Below are positions 18,737 through 26,633 of a stretch of 64,000 bases of DNA, piece after piece. Under the pieces are notes generated by a model. The model was not told where the DNA came from, searched no databases, and saw nothing but the letters and a program-made list of their open reading frames with translations. Numbering within the stretch: the first letter of the stretch is position 1; each line of letters begins with the position of its first letter. The DNA is taken from assembly GCA_963724765.1 (NCBI GenBank), contig CAVRVY010000002.1, positions 96,001 to 160,000 on the forward strand. The letters run 5' to 3'. The stretch comes from an uncultured delta proteobacterium. GTDB lineage: Bacteria > Desulfobacterota > Binatia > Binatales > Binataceae. Made by a program: the position numbers and the translations under genes.

Positions 18737-20125
18737 CTACAGCCCCAGCCGTTTCATCAACCGGTACAACGTGGTGCGGTCCACGCCGAGGGTGGTCGCC
18801 GCGATCGCGCGGTTACCCTTGGCGGCGTCGAGTGCGGCGCGAATACGCGAGACGGCGGCGCGGTCAAGATAGGCTTGAAGTGTTTCATTGGGCTCCGCCG
18901 GCTCGTCGGTCTCGGAGGCGGGCTCGATGTCGCCTTCGAGCGCAAAGGCGTCAGGGGTCAGGACTTCGGCCCCGCTCATGACCACTGAACGCTCGATCAC
19001 ATTTTCCAGTTCGCGTACGTTGCCGGGCCATAAGTAGTTGACCAGCGAGCGCTCGGCCTCGGACGAGAGCGTGATTGGGCGTCCCGCCTGCGCCGTGTAG
19101 TAGGCGAGAAAATGACGCGCCAGCGGCAGGATGTCTTCGCGCCGTTCGCGCAGCGGCGCGATTTTGACCGGGATGACGTTGAGGCGGAAGTAGAGGTCGG
19201 CCCGGAAGCGGCCGGCAGCGACTTCGTTGCGCAGCATCCGGTTGGTCGCTGCGACGATTCTCACGTCGACCTTGCGCGACTTCGAGGCGCCGACGCGCAG
19301 CACTTCCCCGTCCTCGAGCACGCGCAGCAGCTTGGCCTGGAAATCCGTGCCCGCCTCGGCGATCTCGTCGAGGAACAGGGTGCCGCCTGAGGCGCGCTCG
19401 AAGCATCCGGCGCGGGCTGCGATTGCGCCGGTGAAGGAGCCCTTCTCGTGGCCGAACAACTCGCTCTCGACCACGCCGTCGGCGAAGGCCTTGCAGTTGA
19501 CCGCGACGAAGGGGCCGTCGGCGCGGGCGCTCCAGTAATGGAGCATGCGCGCGATTAGCTCCTTGCCGGTGCCACTCTCGCCTTCGATAAGGGCGGTCGA
19601 GCGCGACGGCGCCACCCGGCGGATCATCGCGACCAGTTGCTTGCTCTGCAAGCTTTCGGCGATGAAGCCGGCCGCCGTGCTGGCGACGTCGAGCTGCTGA
19701 CGCAGGCGGCGGTTCTCGCGTTGTAGCGAGCCCATCTCGATCGCCCGCGCGACGGTCTTGACCAGTGCGTCCGCGCTAAGCGGCTTCGTCATGTAGTCGA
19801 AGGCGCCCTCACGCATCGCGGCAACCGCCGAGCTGACGCTGTCGTCGGTCGCAAGCAGGATCACCGACACGTCAGGACGCCGCGCCCGCACTCGGCGCAG
19901 CAATTCCAGCCCGTCCATCCCAGGGCCGCGCACGGCCGCGATGATAACTTCGCAGCCTTGCTCGGCCGAGGCGAGCGTCGCGTCGCTGGTCGGGCAAATC
20001 TCGGTATCGTAGCCTTCCTCGTCGAGCGCTTTGGCAAGAAAGCGCGCCGCGCCCTCGTCGGTCTCGACGATCAGGACCCTCGCGCGATAAGCCTCTACCG
20101 CTACTGCGCTTAAGCCTTCAGACAT
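18737..20125 (-). CDS. sigma54-dependent enhancer-binding protein (degenerate receiver, AAA+, Fis HTH)
   Basis: [49 protein letters not shown]; receiver Asp site reads [12 protein letters not shown]. Confidence 0.93.
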   Translation of the reverse strand: MSEGLSAVAVEAYRARVLIVETDEGAARFLAKALDEEGYDTEICPTSDATLASAEQGCEVIIAAVRGPGMDGLELLRRVRARRPDVSVILLATDDSVSSAVAAMREGAFDYMTKPLSADALVKTVARAIEMGSLQRENRRLRQQLDVASTAAGFIAESLQSKQLVAMIRRVAPSRSTALIEGESGTGKELIARMLHYWSARADGPFVAVNCKAFADGVVESELFGHEKGSFTGAIAARAGCFERASGGTLFLDEIAEAGTDFQAKLLRVLEDGEVLRVGASKSRKVDVRIVAATNRMLRNEVAAGRFRADLYFRLNVIPVKIAPLRERREDILPLARHFLAYYTAQAGRPITLSSEAERSLVNYLWPGNVRELENVIERSVVMSGAEVLTPDAFALEGDIEPASETDEPAEPNETLQAYLDRAAVSRIRAALDAAKGNRAIAATTLGVDRTTLYRLMKRLGL

Positions 20126-20249
20126 TAGCGTATGGCCCGATCTGGCACGGCTTATTGAGCATACTGGTGCATAATTGCGCACACTGTACCGCATGTCAAC
20201 ACTTCTGCGCTCGTATTCGTGCCTCGGTATTCGCGAGTCCCAGGGCCAT

Positions 20250-20265
20250 GTTGCCGACCCGCAAC
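20250..20265. promoter_or_regulatory. Candidate bEBP site (copy 3) upstream of the bEBP gene
   Basis: GTTGCcgacccGCAAC. Confidence 0.55.
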
Positions 20266-20616
20266 GCATTGGAAAACCCATAATTCACTCAAAAAACCCA
20301 GTGTTCATTGGCTGCTTGGGACATCGAATGCGGGGCCAAATCGCCGGCGTTGCAGAATGTCCCGACGCTTCCGATGCCGCAAGTGTGCCGTTTTCGGCCG
20401 ACGACTCGCTCACTCACGAGAGGGGCTATACGCGAGATGTGTGCCAACGGTGCTGTGGCAATTCGTGATCAGACTGTTGAGGAACCGCAACACACCATTC
20501 CCCTGCGCGCCAAGGGCTTCCTCTTCGATACGATCGTCGCTACTCGATCTCGAGCCACGGCGCGCGGGGGTAGCAACAGTGAGTTGCGATGCGTGCGCAA
20601 TACGTGAGGGACTGAA

Positions 20617-20692
20617 TGGCTCCCCGGGCCGGATTCGAACCAGCGACTTGACGGTTAACAGCCGTCCGCTCTACCGACTGAGCTACCGGGGA
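20617..20692 (-). tRNA. tRNA-Asn(GTT)
   Basis: TCCCCGGTAGCTCAGTCGGTAGAGCGGACGGCT-GTT-AACCGTCAAGTCGCTGGTTCGAATCCGGCCCGGGGAGCCA; 76 nt with encoded CCA. Confidence 0.97.
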
Positions 20693-20821
20693 GCACGCGA
20701 GCAGGCCCTATTTTGGTAACCGCATGGCGGCACGAAATCAAGCGCACCGTCCGCCTGCCGCCGCGCGGCATTGTTGGCGCATCGTACATCGATCGGTGAT
20801 AATCCTTGCGAGGGAGCCGCG

Positions 20822-21112
20822 ATGGGCGAGGTTATCCGTCTCGAAGAGATCGACCGTGAACGCCGTCGCAGCCGCGCCCGCGTGGCCGAACGTGCGCACC
20901 TGGAGCGCGCGGTCGCGCTGCTCAGGCAGAACCTGGCGACTGCGGCCGAGGCGTTGCGCGACGCGCCGGACGGACCGGCGCAGACCGAGTTGCTCGGACG
21001 TATCGAGCGGTTCGCGGCGATGATCCGCTACGGCCTGCGGATGCTCGGCGAGGCGCCCGCCGACGGGCTTGACGGCCCGTATGTCTCAGACAACCCCGTC
21101 GCCGGACGTTAG
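20822..21112 (+). CDS. Small hypothetical helical protein
   Basis: SD GGGAG; MGEVIRLEE-type N-terminus; host-like codon usage. Confidence 0.65.
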   Translation: MGEVIRLEEIDRERRRSRARVAERAHLERAVALLRQNLATAAEALRDAPDGPAQTELLGRIERFAAMIRYGLRMLGEAPADGLDGPYVSDNPVAGR

Positions 21113-21131
21113 AGGCCGCGGTCAGCGCGGG

Positions 21132-21902
21132 CTAGCGCAGTTTTTTGCCGCTGCGGCGCTTGGCTTCGGCGGCCTCGAAGCCGCCCTCGGAGAACCATCG
21201 TATCTGGCGCGCGACGCCGCTTAGGATGTCGAGTTCGCGCACGCCAATCCCCGCGCGGCCCAGGATCGCGCGCAGGGCGAACATGATGTGCTCCGGGTTT
21301 TCGGCCGGCAGGAATCCGATCGACACTAGCGCCTCGCTCAGCCGCTCGATCATCGCGTCCACGGCGACGGCCGGCGCATGAGGCTCGGCCAACGGTATCT
21401 CGCGCGCCGCCCCCGCCGCCATCATCAGTTCGTACGCGACCAGCACCACGGCCTGCGCAAGATTGAGCGACGGGTAGGCCGGCGCGGTTGGAATCGTGAC
21501 CAGACGCTGGCAAAGCTTCAGCTCACGGTTGACCAGCCCCGTGTCCTCGGGACCGAAAATTATAGCAACGCGATTGGCGGCGGCCTCGGTGACGAGTTGC
21601 GCCGCCGCCTCACGCAATCCGACCACGCCAGAGCGATACAGGCCGGGCCGGCAGGTGGTGCCGACGGCGAGCGTACAGTCGGCGAGCGCGTCGCCAAGGC
21701 TCTCGTGGCGTCCCGCGTTGCGCAGCACGTCGCCCGCGTGCACCGCCATCGAGGCGGCGGCGCGGCCGTCGGCGGCGGCCCTCGGCGCGACCAGGCGCAG
21801 GTCGCCAAGGCCCATGTTCTTGAGCGCGCGTGCGGCCGAGCCAACGTTGCCCGACTGCAGCGGCCGCACCAGCACGAAGGCGAAATTCCCGAGCACGTCC
21901 AT
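21132..21902 (-). CDS. trmJ: TrmJ/LasT family SPOUT RNA methyltransferase
   Basis: GNVGSAARALKNMG, IFGPEDTGL, YPSLNLAQAV. Confidence 0.9.
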   Translation of the reverse strand: MDVLGNFAFVLVRPLQSGNVGSAARALKNMGLGDLRLVAPRAAADGRAAASMAVHAGDVLRNAGRHESLGDALADCTLAVGTTCRPGLYRSGVVGLREAAAQLVTEAAANRVAIIFGPEDTGLVNRELKLCQRLVTIPTAPAYPSLNLAQAVVLVAYELMMAAGAAREIPLAEPHAPAVAVDAMIERLSEALVSIGFLPAENPEHIMFALRAILGRAGIGVRELDILSGVARQIRWFSEGGFEAAEAKRRSGKKLR

Positions 21903-22022
21903 CAGGGCTGAATCTTACCCGTTGCGCTTGCACCCTGGAACGCCGCAACTGCGGGGTCAGCATAACGTGCGGCGATTGATGAAAAACGCTATCGTGGCTG
22001 CCAGCGCGCATGCGCAGCCACG

Positions 22023-22679
22023 ATGAAGATAATCTCATTCGGCGATGTCCATATGGCCACGCGCAACCTCGAACGCATGGGCGAGGTGATGCGCGATACG
22101 GACCTGGTGATAATCTCGGGCGATCTCACCAACTTCGGCGGCGAGGCCGACGCGCGCAAGGTGATCGACGACGTGCGCCAGCGATGCTCCAACGTGCTTG
22201 CGCTGCCGGGCAATCTGGACCGGCGCGAGGTTATCCCGTTTCTCGAGCGCGAGGGCGTGGCGCTGCACGGCCGCGGGATGGTGCGTGACAGGGTGGCGAT
22301 TTTCGGATGCGGCGGCTCCAATATCACGCCCTTCAACACCCCGACCGAGCTTAGCGAAGACGAGATCTACGCGACGCTGATGGCCGGTTACGAGCAGGTG
22401 CGCGGTCATCGCCCGCTCCTGATGATTTGCCATACGCCGCCGTTCGAGACGCGATGTGACCGAATCGTCGGCGGCAAGGCGGTGGGCAGCACCGCGGCGC
22501 GCCGCTTTATCGAGGAGGTCAAGCCCGACGTCTGCATCTCCGGCCATATCCACGAGTCGGCCGGCGTCGACGCGATTGGACCCACGCGGGTGCTCAACGC
22601 GGGCCCCTTCAAGGGCGGCGGCTATATAGTTGTACGCAGCGCCGGCGAGGCGCTCGACGCGCAGCTGGAGTTTCTTTGA
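22023..22679 (+). CDS. Calcineurin-like metallophosphoesterase
   Basis: GDVH, SGDLT, PGNLD, HTPP, SGHIHE. Confidence 0.9.
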   Translation: MKIISFGDVHMATRNLERMGEVMRDTDLVIISGDLTNFGGEADARKVIDDVRQRCSNVLALPGNLDRREVIPFLEREGVALHGRGMVRDRVAIFGCGGSNITPFNTPTELSEDEIYATLMAGYEQVRGHRPLLMICHTPPFETRCDRIVGGKAVGSTAARRFIEEVKPDVCISGHIHESAGVDAIGPTRVLNAGPFKGGGYIVVRSAGEALDAQLEFL

Positions 22680-22847
22680 GGTCCCGCCGCTCTCGCGCGT
22701 ACAACAATCGGCCGGCGTCTACTACGGCAAGCTGGTCAATGGCAGGAGCTTGGTGCTCAAGGGATGGTCGGCGCTGCTGCGCCGCTTCATCTTGGGGCGG
22801 CTGTAGGACCACGGCATGGACGCGCGGCACAGGGACGATAGCACGAA

Positions 22848-23588
22848 ATGTTGAGGATGATATTTTTCGATGGAGCCGGAACGCTCTTTCATACCCGCGA
22901 GCCGGCCGGATCGAGCTATGCGAAAATTGCGCGGCACTTTGGCGTGCAGGCCGACGAACGGCTGGTAAGCGACTCCTTCAGGCGCGCGTTCGCGGCGGCG
23001 TCTGGACTCGCCTTCGGTCCCGGTCACGAGGCCATGAGGCTCCGCCAGTTGGAGCGCGAATGGTGGCATCGTCTGGTAAGAGCAACTTTCGCGGGTATCG
23101 GCGAATTCGCCGACTTCGAGGCCTACTTCGACGCGCTGTTCGCCTTCTTCGCCGACCCGGCGAACTGGACCTGCGATCCCGATGCGTCGGTGCTGCTGAC
23201 GGCTCTGCGCGAAAGCGGGCTTGAGCTGGGGGTGATTTCGAACTTCGACTACCGCATCTACGCCATCCTCAAGGCGCTCGGGCTCACGCGCTATTTCGAC
23301 TCCATAACGATTTCGTCCGAGGCCGGCTACGCGAAACCGGCGCCGGAGATTTTTCGGATAGCGCTCCAGCGCCATTCATTGCCGGCGGCGGAGGCGCTCC
23401 ATGTCGGCGACTCGGAGGCGCTGGACGCGGCCGGGGCGCGCGCAGCGGGCGTTGGGGCCGTGCTGATAGACCCGCAAGTCTCTGCGCTGGGCGAGAAGCG
23501 GAAACCGCCGCTCTCGCAGGGCCGTTGTGTCCGGGTACGATCGCTGGGCGAGGTCGCCGCGGCGCTCGGTCAACTTGGTTTCCCTTGA
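22848..23588 (+). CDS. HAD-IA family hydrolase
   Basis: FFDGAGTL, ISNFD, KPAPEIF, HVGDS..LD. Confidence 0.9.
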   Translation: MLRMIFFDGAGTLFHTREPAGSSYAKIARHFGVQADERLVSDSFRRAFAAASGLAFGPGHEAMRLRQLEREWWHRLVRATFAGIGEFADFEAYFDALFAFFADPANWTCDPDASVLLTALRESGLELGVISNFDYRIYAILKALGLTRYFDSITISSEAGYAKPAPEIFRIALQRHSLPAAEALHVGDSEALDAAGARAAGVGAVLIDPQVSALGEKRKPPLSQGRCVRVRSLGEVAAALGQLGFP

Positions 23589-23785
23589 CTGCGAGACGCA
23601 AACCGGTTGCGGCAGGATTGACCTCTGTAGCTTGAGCAGCGCATATAGTATCGCCGTTGGTAGTTCCGGGTGTGCGGCCTGAACGAGATCGTTCAGGCGA
23701 AATGCCCGCGAGGGCGATTTGTAGAAGCAATCATTGCTATGAGCGTTGCCGCGTATATCTGATTCATCCGTTGCGGGCGAGAGCG

Positions 23786-24613
23786 ATGGTAAGGAATCTG
23801 AACGATACTTCGGAGGAGCCCTCCTCTGACTTAATGCCGGGGGCTGACAAAAAGTATGTTCACCAGGATCAAACGGGAGCGGATTCACGCGATCAACTGA
23901 TCGCCGAACTGCGTGAGGCGGTCCGCGCTCGCGACGATTTTCTCGCCGTCGTGGCGCATGAATTGCGCAATCCCCTCACTCCGATTCTGCTTTGCGTGCA
24001 GCTTATCCGCGTGGCTGAGCAATCCGGAGACGGCGTCAGAGCCAGTTCAGAGCTCGATCGGCTCGAGCGTCTCATCAAGCACTTTAGTGCACGCACTACC
24101 ACGCTTCTCGAAGTCGCACAGTTTAGCTCGAACAAGTTCCATCTGAAGCCGTCCGAGCTAAACCTGTCCGAACTGATAAAGGGCATTGTCAGCGACTATA
24201 TGCCCATGATCCATCGTAGCGGCTCGGAGCTGACAACTAGTATTCAAAATGGAGTAATCGTCCATCTTGATGAGCTGGCAATTTCGGAAATCGTGGAAAA
24301 TCTGCTCTCCAACGCGACCAAATATGGCGAGCACAAACCTATAGGACTAAGTTTGATCGCTGCTGGCGATTTGGCGCAGATAATCGTTCACGACCATGGA
24401 ATTGGCATTGACGACAAACATAAAGAACGCATTTTCGAGCGGTTCGAACAAGTCGTTGAAAGCCAGGGCCGCGCTGGCTTCGGAATTGGTCTATGGCTCA
24501 CTCGCAAATTGGCGGAATCGATGGGCGGCTCTATCACCGTGATCGGCGAGCCTGGCGCAGGCTCCCTTTTTACCGTAACGCTGCCGACTAAACCTCGGGA
24601 AATCGATGACTAG
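23786..24613 (+). CDS. Sensorless histidine kinase (HisKA plus HATPase)
   Basis: AHELRNPL, NLLSNATKY, DHGIGI, GFGIGL; start 23786 or 23834. Confidence 0.88.
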   Translation: MVRNLNDTSEEPSSDLMPGADKKYVHQDQTGADSRDQLIAELREAVRARDDFLAVVAHELRNPLTPILLCVQLIRVAEQSGDGVRASSELDRLERLIKHFSARTTTLLEVAQFSSNKFHLKPSELNLSELIKGIVSDYMPMIHRSGSELTTSIQNGVIVHLDELAISEIVENLLSNATKYGEHKPIGLSLIAAGDLAQIIVHDHGIGIDDKHKERIFERFEQVVESQGRAGFGIGLWLTRKLAESMGGSITVIGEPGAGSLFTVTLPTKPREIDD

Positions 24614-26069
24614 TAAAAATTATCATCAGCTCACGCGCGTACCTTCGGGCGTAAGAGGCCTCGACGACGTCCTACGCGGCGGCTTTTTTGGCGGTGGCCT
24701 GTATATCATCGAAGGCCCGCCCGGAGCCGGCAAAACCATTCTGGGGAATCAAATTTGCTTCAATCAGGCATCGGCGGGAAGAAAAGTCCTCTACGTCACG
24801 CTGATTGCCGAAACCGTCGGCCGCATGCTGCTCAACATAAAAAGCCTGACCTTCTTCAACGAAGACCAGGTTGGCGACAGCATCGTCTATGTCAGCGGCT
24901 TTAGCGCGCTGAAAGAAAAGGGCCTGAGCGGACTGCTCCATCTGTTGCGAAAAGAGGTCGCGGCGCGCAAAGCGACCATGCTGGTCGTCGACGGATTCGC
25001 TTCGGCTTCCGACCATGCACGATCCCCCGAAGAGCTGAAGCTCTTCGTGCAACAGCTGCAAACTCAGGCCGACGCCGCCGATTGCACGGTTTTTCTGTTG
25101 ACCAACCCAACTGAGCATACGCCGTCGTCAGAGGAAACTATGGTGGACGGCATCATCAATCTCAGAACTACTATTTATGAATGGCGCTCGGCGCGTGAGT
25201 TGTGCGTGCGCAAGTTTCGCGGCAGTAGCTATCTTCAGGGCGTTCATTCCTACGACATTAATGAAGATGGGTTCGCTGTTTATCCGCGATTAGAAACGCT
25301 TATCAGCCCCAACACTGGCGTCAATGGCGAACTAGGGAGAATTTCGTCCGGGAATTCCCGTCTCGATGAAATGCTGGGCGGCGGATTGCCCTCTCGCTCA
25401 TCCACTATGCTCATCGGGCCTTCCGGCACCGGCAAGACCACTTTGGGCCTGCAATTTCTTTCGCTATCCGCTGCCGATGAACCCGGGCTGCTCCTCACCT
25501 TTTACGAAACGCCGGCGCGTATTTACCTGAAAGCGAAAGCGAGCTTTCCCTCCATGGCGGAACAGCTCGATGCGGGCCACGTGCAAATACTATGGCAGCC
25601 ACCCACGGATCTATTGCTCGATGAACTCGCAGACCGGATGCTTCGCGACATCAAGCGCAGTAAGGTCAAGCGGTTGTTGATCGATGGACTCGGGGGTTTC
25701 AAAAAAGCTCTTCGCTCGAGACCGATCGAGCCTTTCTTTTCTGCATTGGTCCATGAATTGCGTGCGCACGGAGTCACCACGATCTGCACCGCCGAGGTAA
25801 TGGAGATAGTGGGGCCGACAATCACCGTGCCGCTTCAAGGCTTGTCTGACGTGATCGATAACCATATCGTCTTGCGCTTCGTCGAGTCGGGCGCGAGTCT
25901 GTACCGGGTCCTATCCGTATTGAAAGTGCGCGACAGCGCTTTCGATTCCGATTTGCGCCAGTTTTCCTTCTCAGCCCGGGGCATCGAAGTAGCCGAAAAC
26001 TCCGCGAGTGCGAAATCGATCCTGCCTCGCGTGTCTCCGAAAAACGAGCCCAAGCTGACTCAAGAATAA
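24606..26069 (+). CDS. Double-domain KaiC-like (RecA-fold) ATPase
   Basis: Two P-loops GPPGAGKT and GPSGTGKT; KFRGS and KVRDS arginine-finger motifs. Confidence 0.9.
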   Translation: MTSKNYHQLTRVPSGVRGLDDVLRGGFFGGGLYIIEGPPGAGKTILGNQICFNQASAGRKVLYVTLIAETVGRMLLNIKSLTFFNEDQVGDSIVYVSGFSALKEKGLSGLLHLLRKEVAARKATMLVVDGFASASDHARSPEELKLFVQQLQTQADAADCTVFLLTNPTEHTPSSEETMVDGIINLRTTIYEWRSARELCVRKFRGSSYLQGVHSYDINEDGFAVYPRLETLISPNTGVNGELGRISSGNSRLDEMLGGGLPSRSSTMLIGPSGTGKTTLGLQFLSLSAADEPGLLLTFYETPARIYLKAKASFPSMAEQLDAGHVQILWQPPTDLLLDELADRMLRDIKRSKVKRLLIDGLGGFKKALRSRPIEPFFSALVHELRAHGVTTICTAEVMEIVGPTITVPLQGLSDVIDNHIVLRFVESGASLYRVLSVLKVRDSAFDSDLRQFSFSARGIEVAENSASAKSILPRVSPKNEPKLTQE

Positions 26070-26086
26070 GAGATGAGTTGGGGCGT

Positions 26087-26497
26087 ATGCGGAAGAACAA
26101 GGCCGGTTCGGCTAAGAAGACAATCCTGATTGTCGATGACGAATTTGGAATTCTCGAGGTCCTCGAATCCATCCTTAGCGACGCCGGTTTCAAGGTCATC
26201 AGCGCAATCAACGGGCAGGAGGCGTTGACCCGCCTGCAAGAGACCATACCGGACCTCGTTATCGTCGATTTCATGATGCCGCTTCTGGACGGCGCGGGGG
26301 TTATCAAGGCTATGCGCGCGGACGCCAGACTTCGCGCCGTACCTGTGCTCCTGGCCAGCGCACTGCCCGAGAAAACCATCAGCGAGCGCTGCACCGGTTA
26401 CAACGCTTTCCTGCGTAAACCCTACAAGACCGAGCGCTTGATGGAAGAAATTTCCAGATTGCTCGATCGATCTTCGTCTTCGTCGACAATGTCGTAA
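26087..26497 (+). CDS. Single-domain response regulator
   Basis: ILIVDDE, VIVDFMMP, FLRKP. Confidence 0.92.
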   Translation: MRKNKAGSAKKTILIVDDEFGILEVLESILSDAGFKVISAINGQEALTRLQETIPDLVIVDFMMPLLDGAGVIKAMRADARLRAVPVLLASALPEKTISERCTGYNAFLRKPYKTERLMEEISRLLDRSSSSSTMS

Positions 26498-26633
26498 TCC
26501 TGGACTCTGGTATCGACCGGCTTGCAAACACTCTATATTTTCATCCTTAATCAACTCGGGCTGCGACCGGACGGATGCCTGGTGCCCTGCGGCCGTTTGC
26601 CGGAAACTTAGGGTGGTGCAGGAATTGACGCGA

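Noticed and set aside
20142-20158. TGGCACGG as a sigma54 promoter
   Set aside because: No GC at the -12 position and it points away from the bEBP gene.
20431-20447. Minus-strand TTGGCAC-N-CGC as the bEBP sigma54 promoter
   Set aside because: Spacing fits but -12 is CGC and no activator palindrome lies upstream; too weak to call.
7545-20692. Tad locus as an island integrated at tRNA-Asn
   Set aside because: No integrase and no duplicated tRNA 3' end seen; core tad genes have host-like composition.
23786-26497. A true circadian clock
   Set aside because: No kaiA or kaiB in the window and the T432-equivalent is Asp; kept only as a KaiC-like signalling module.
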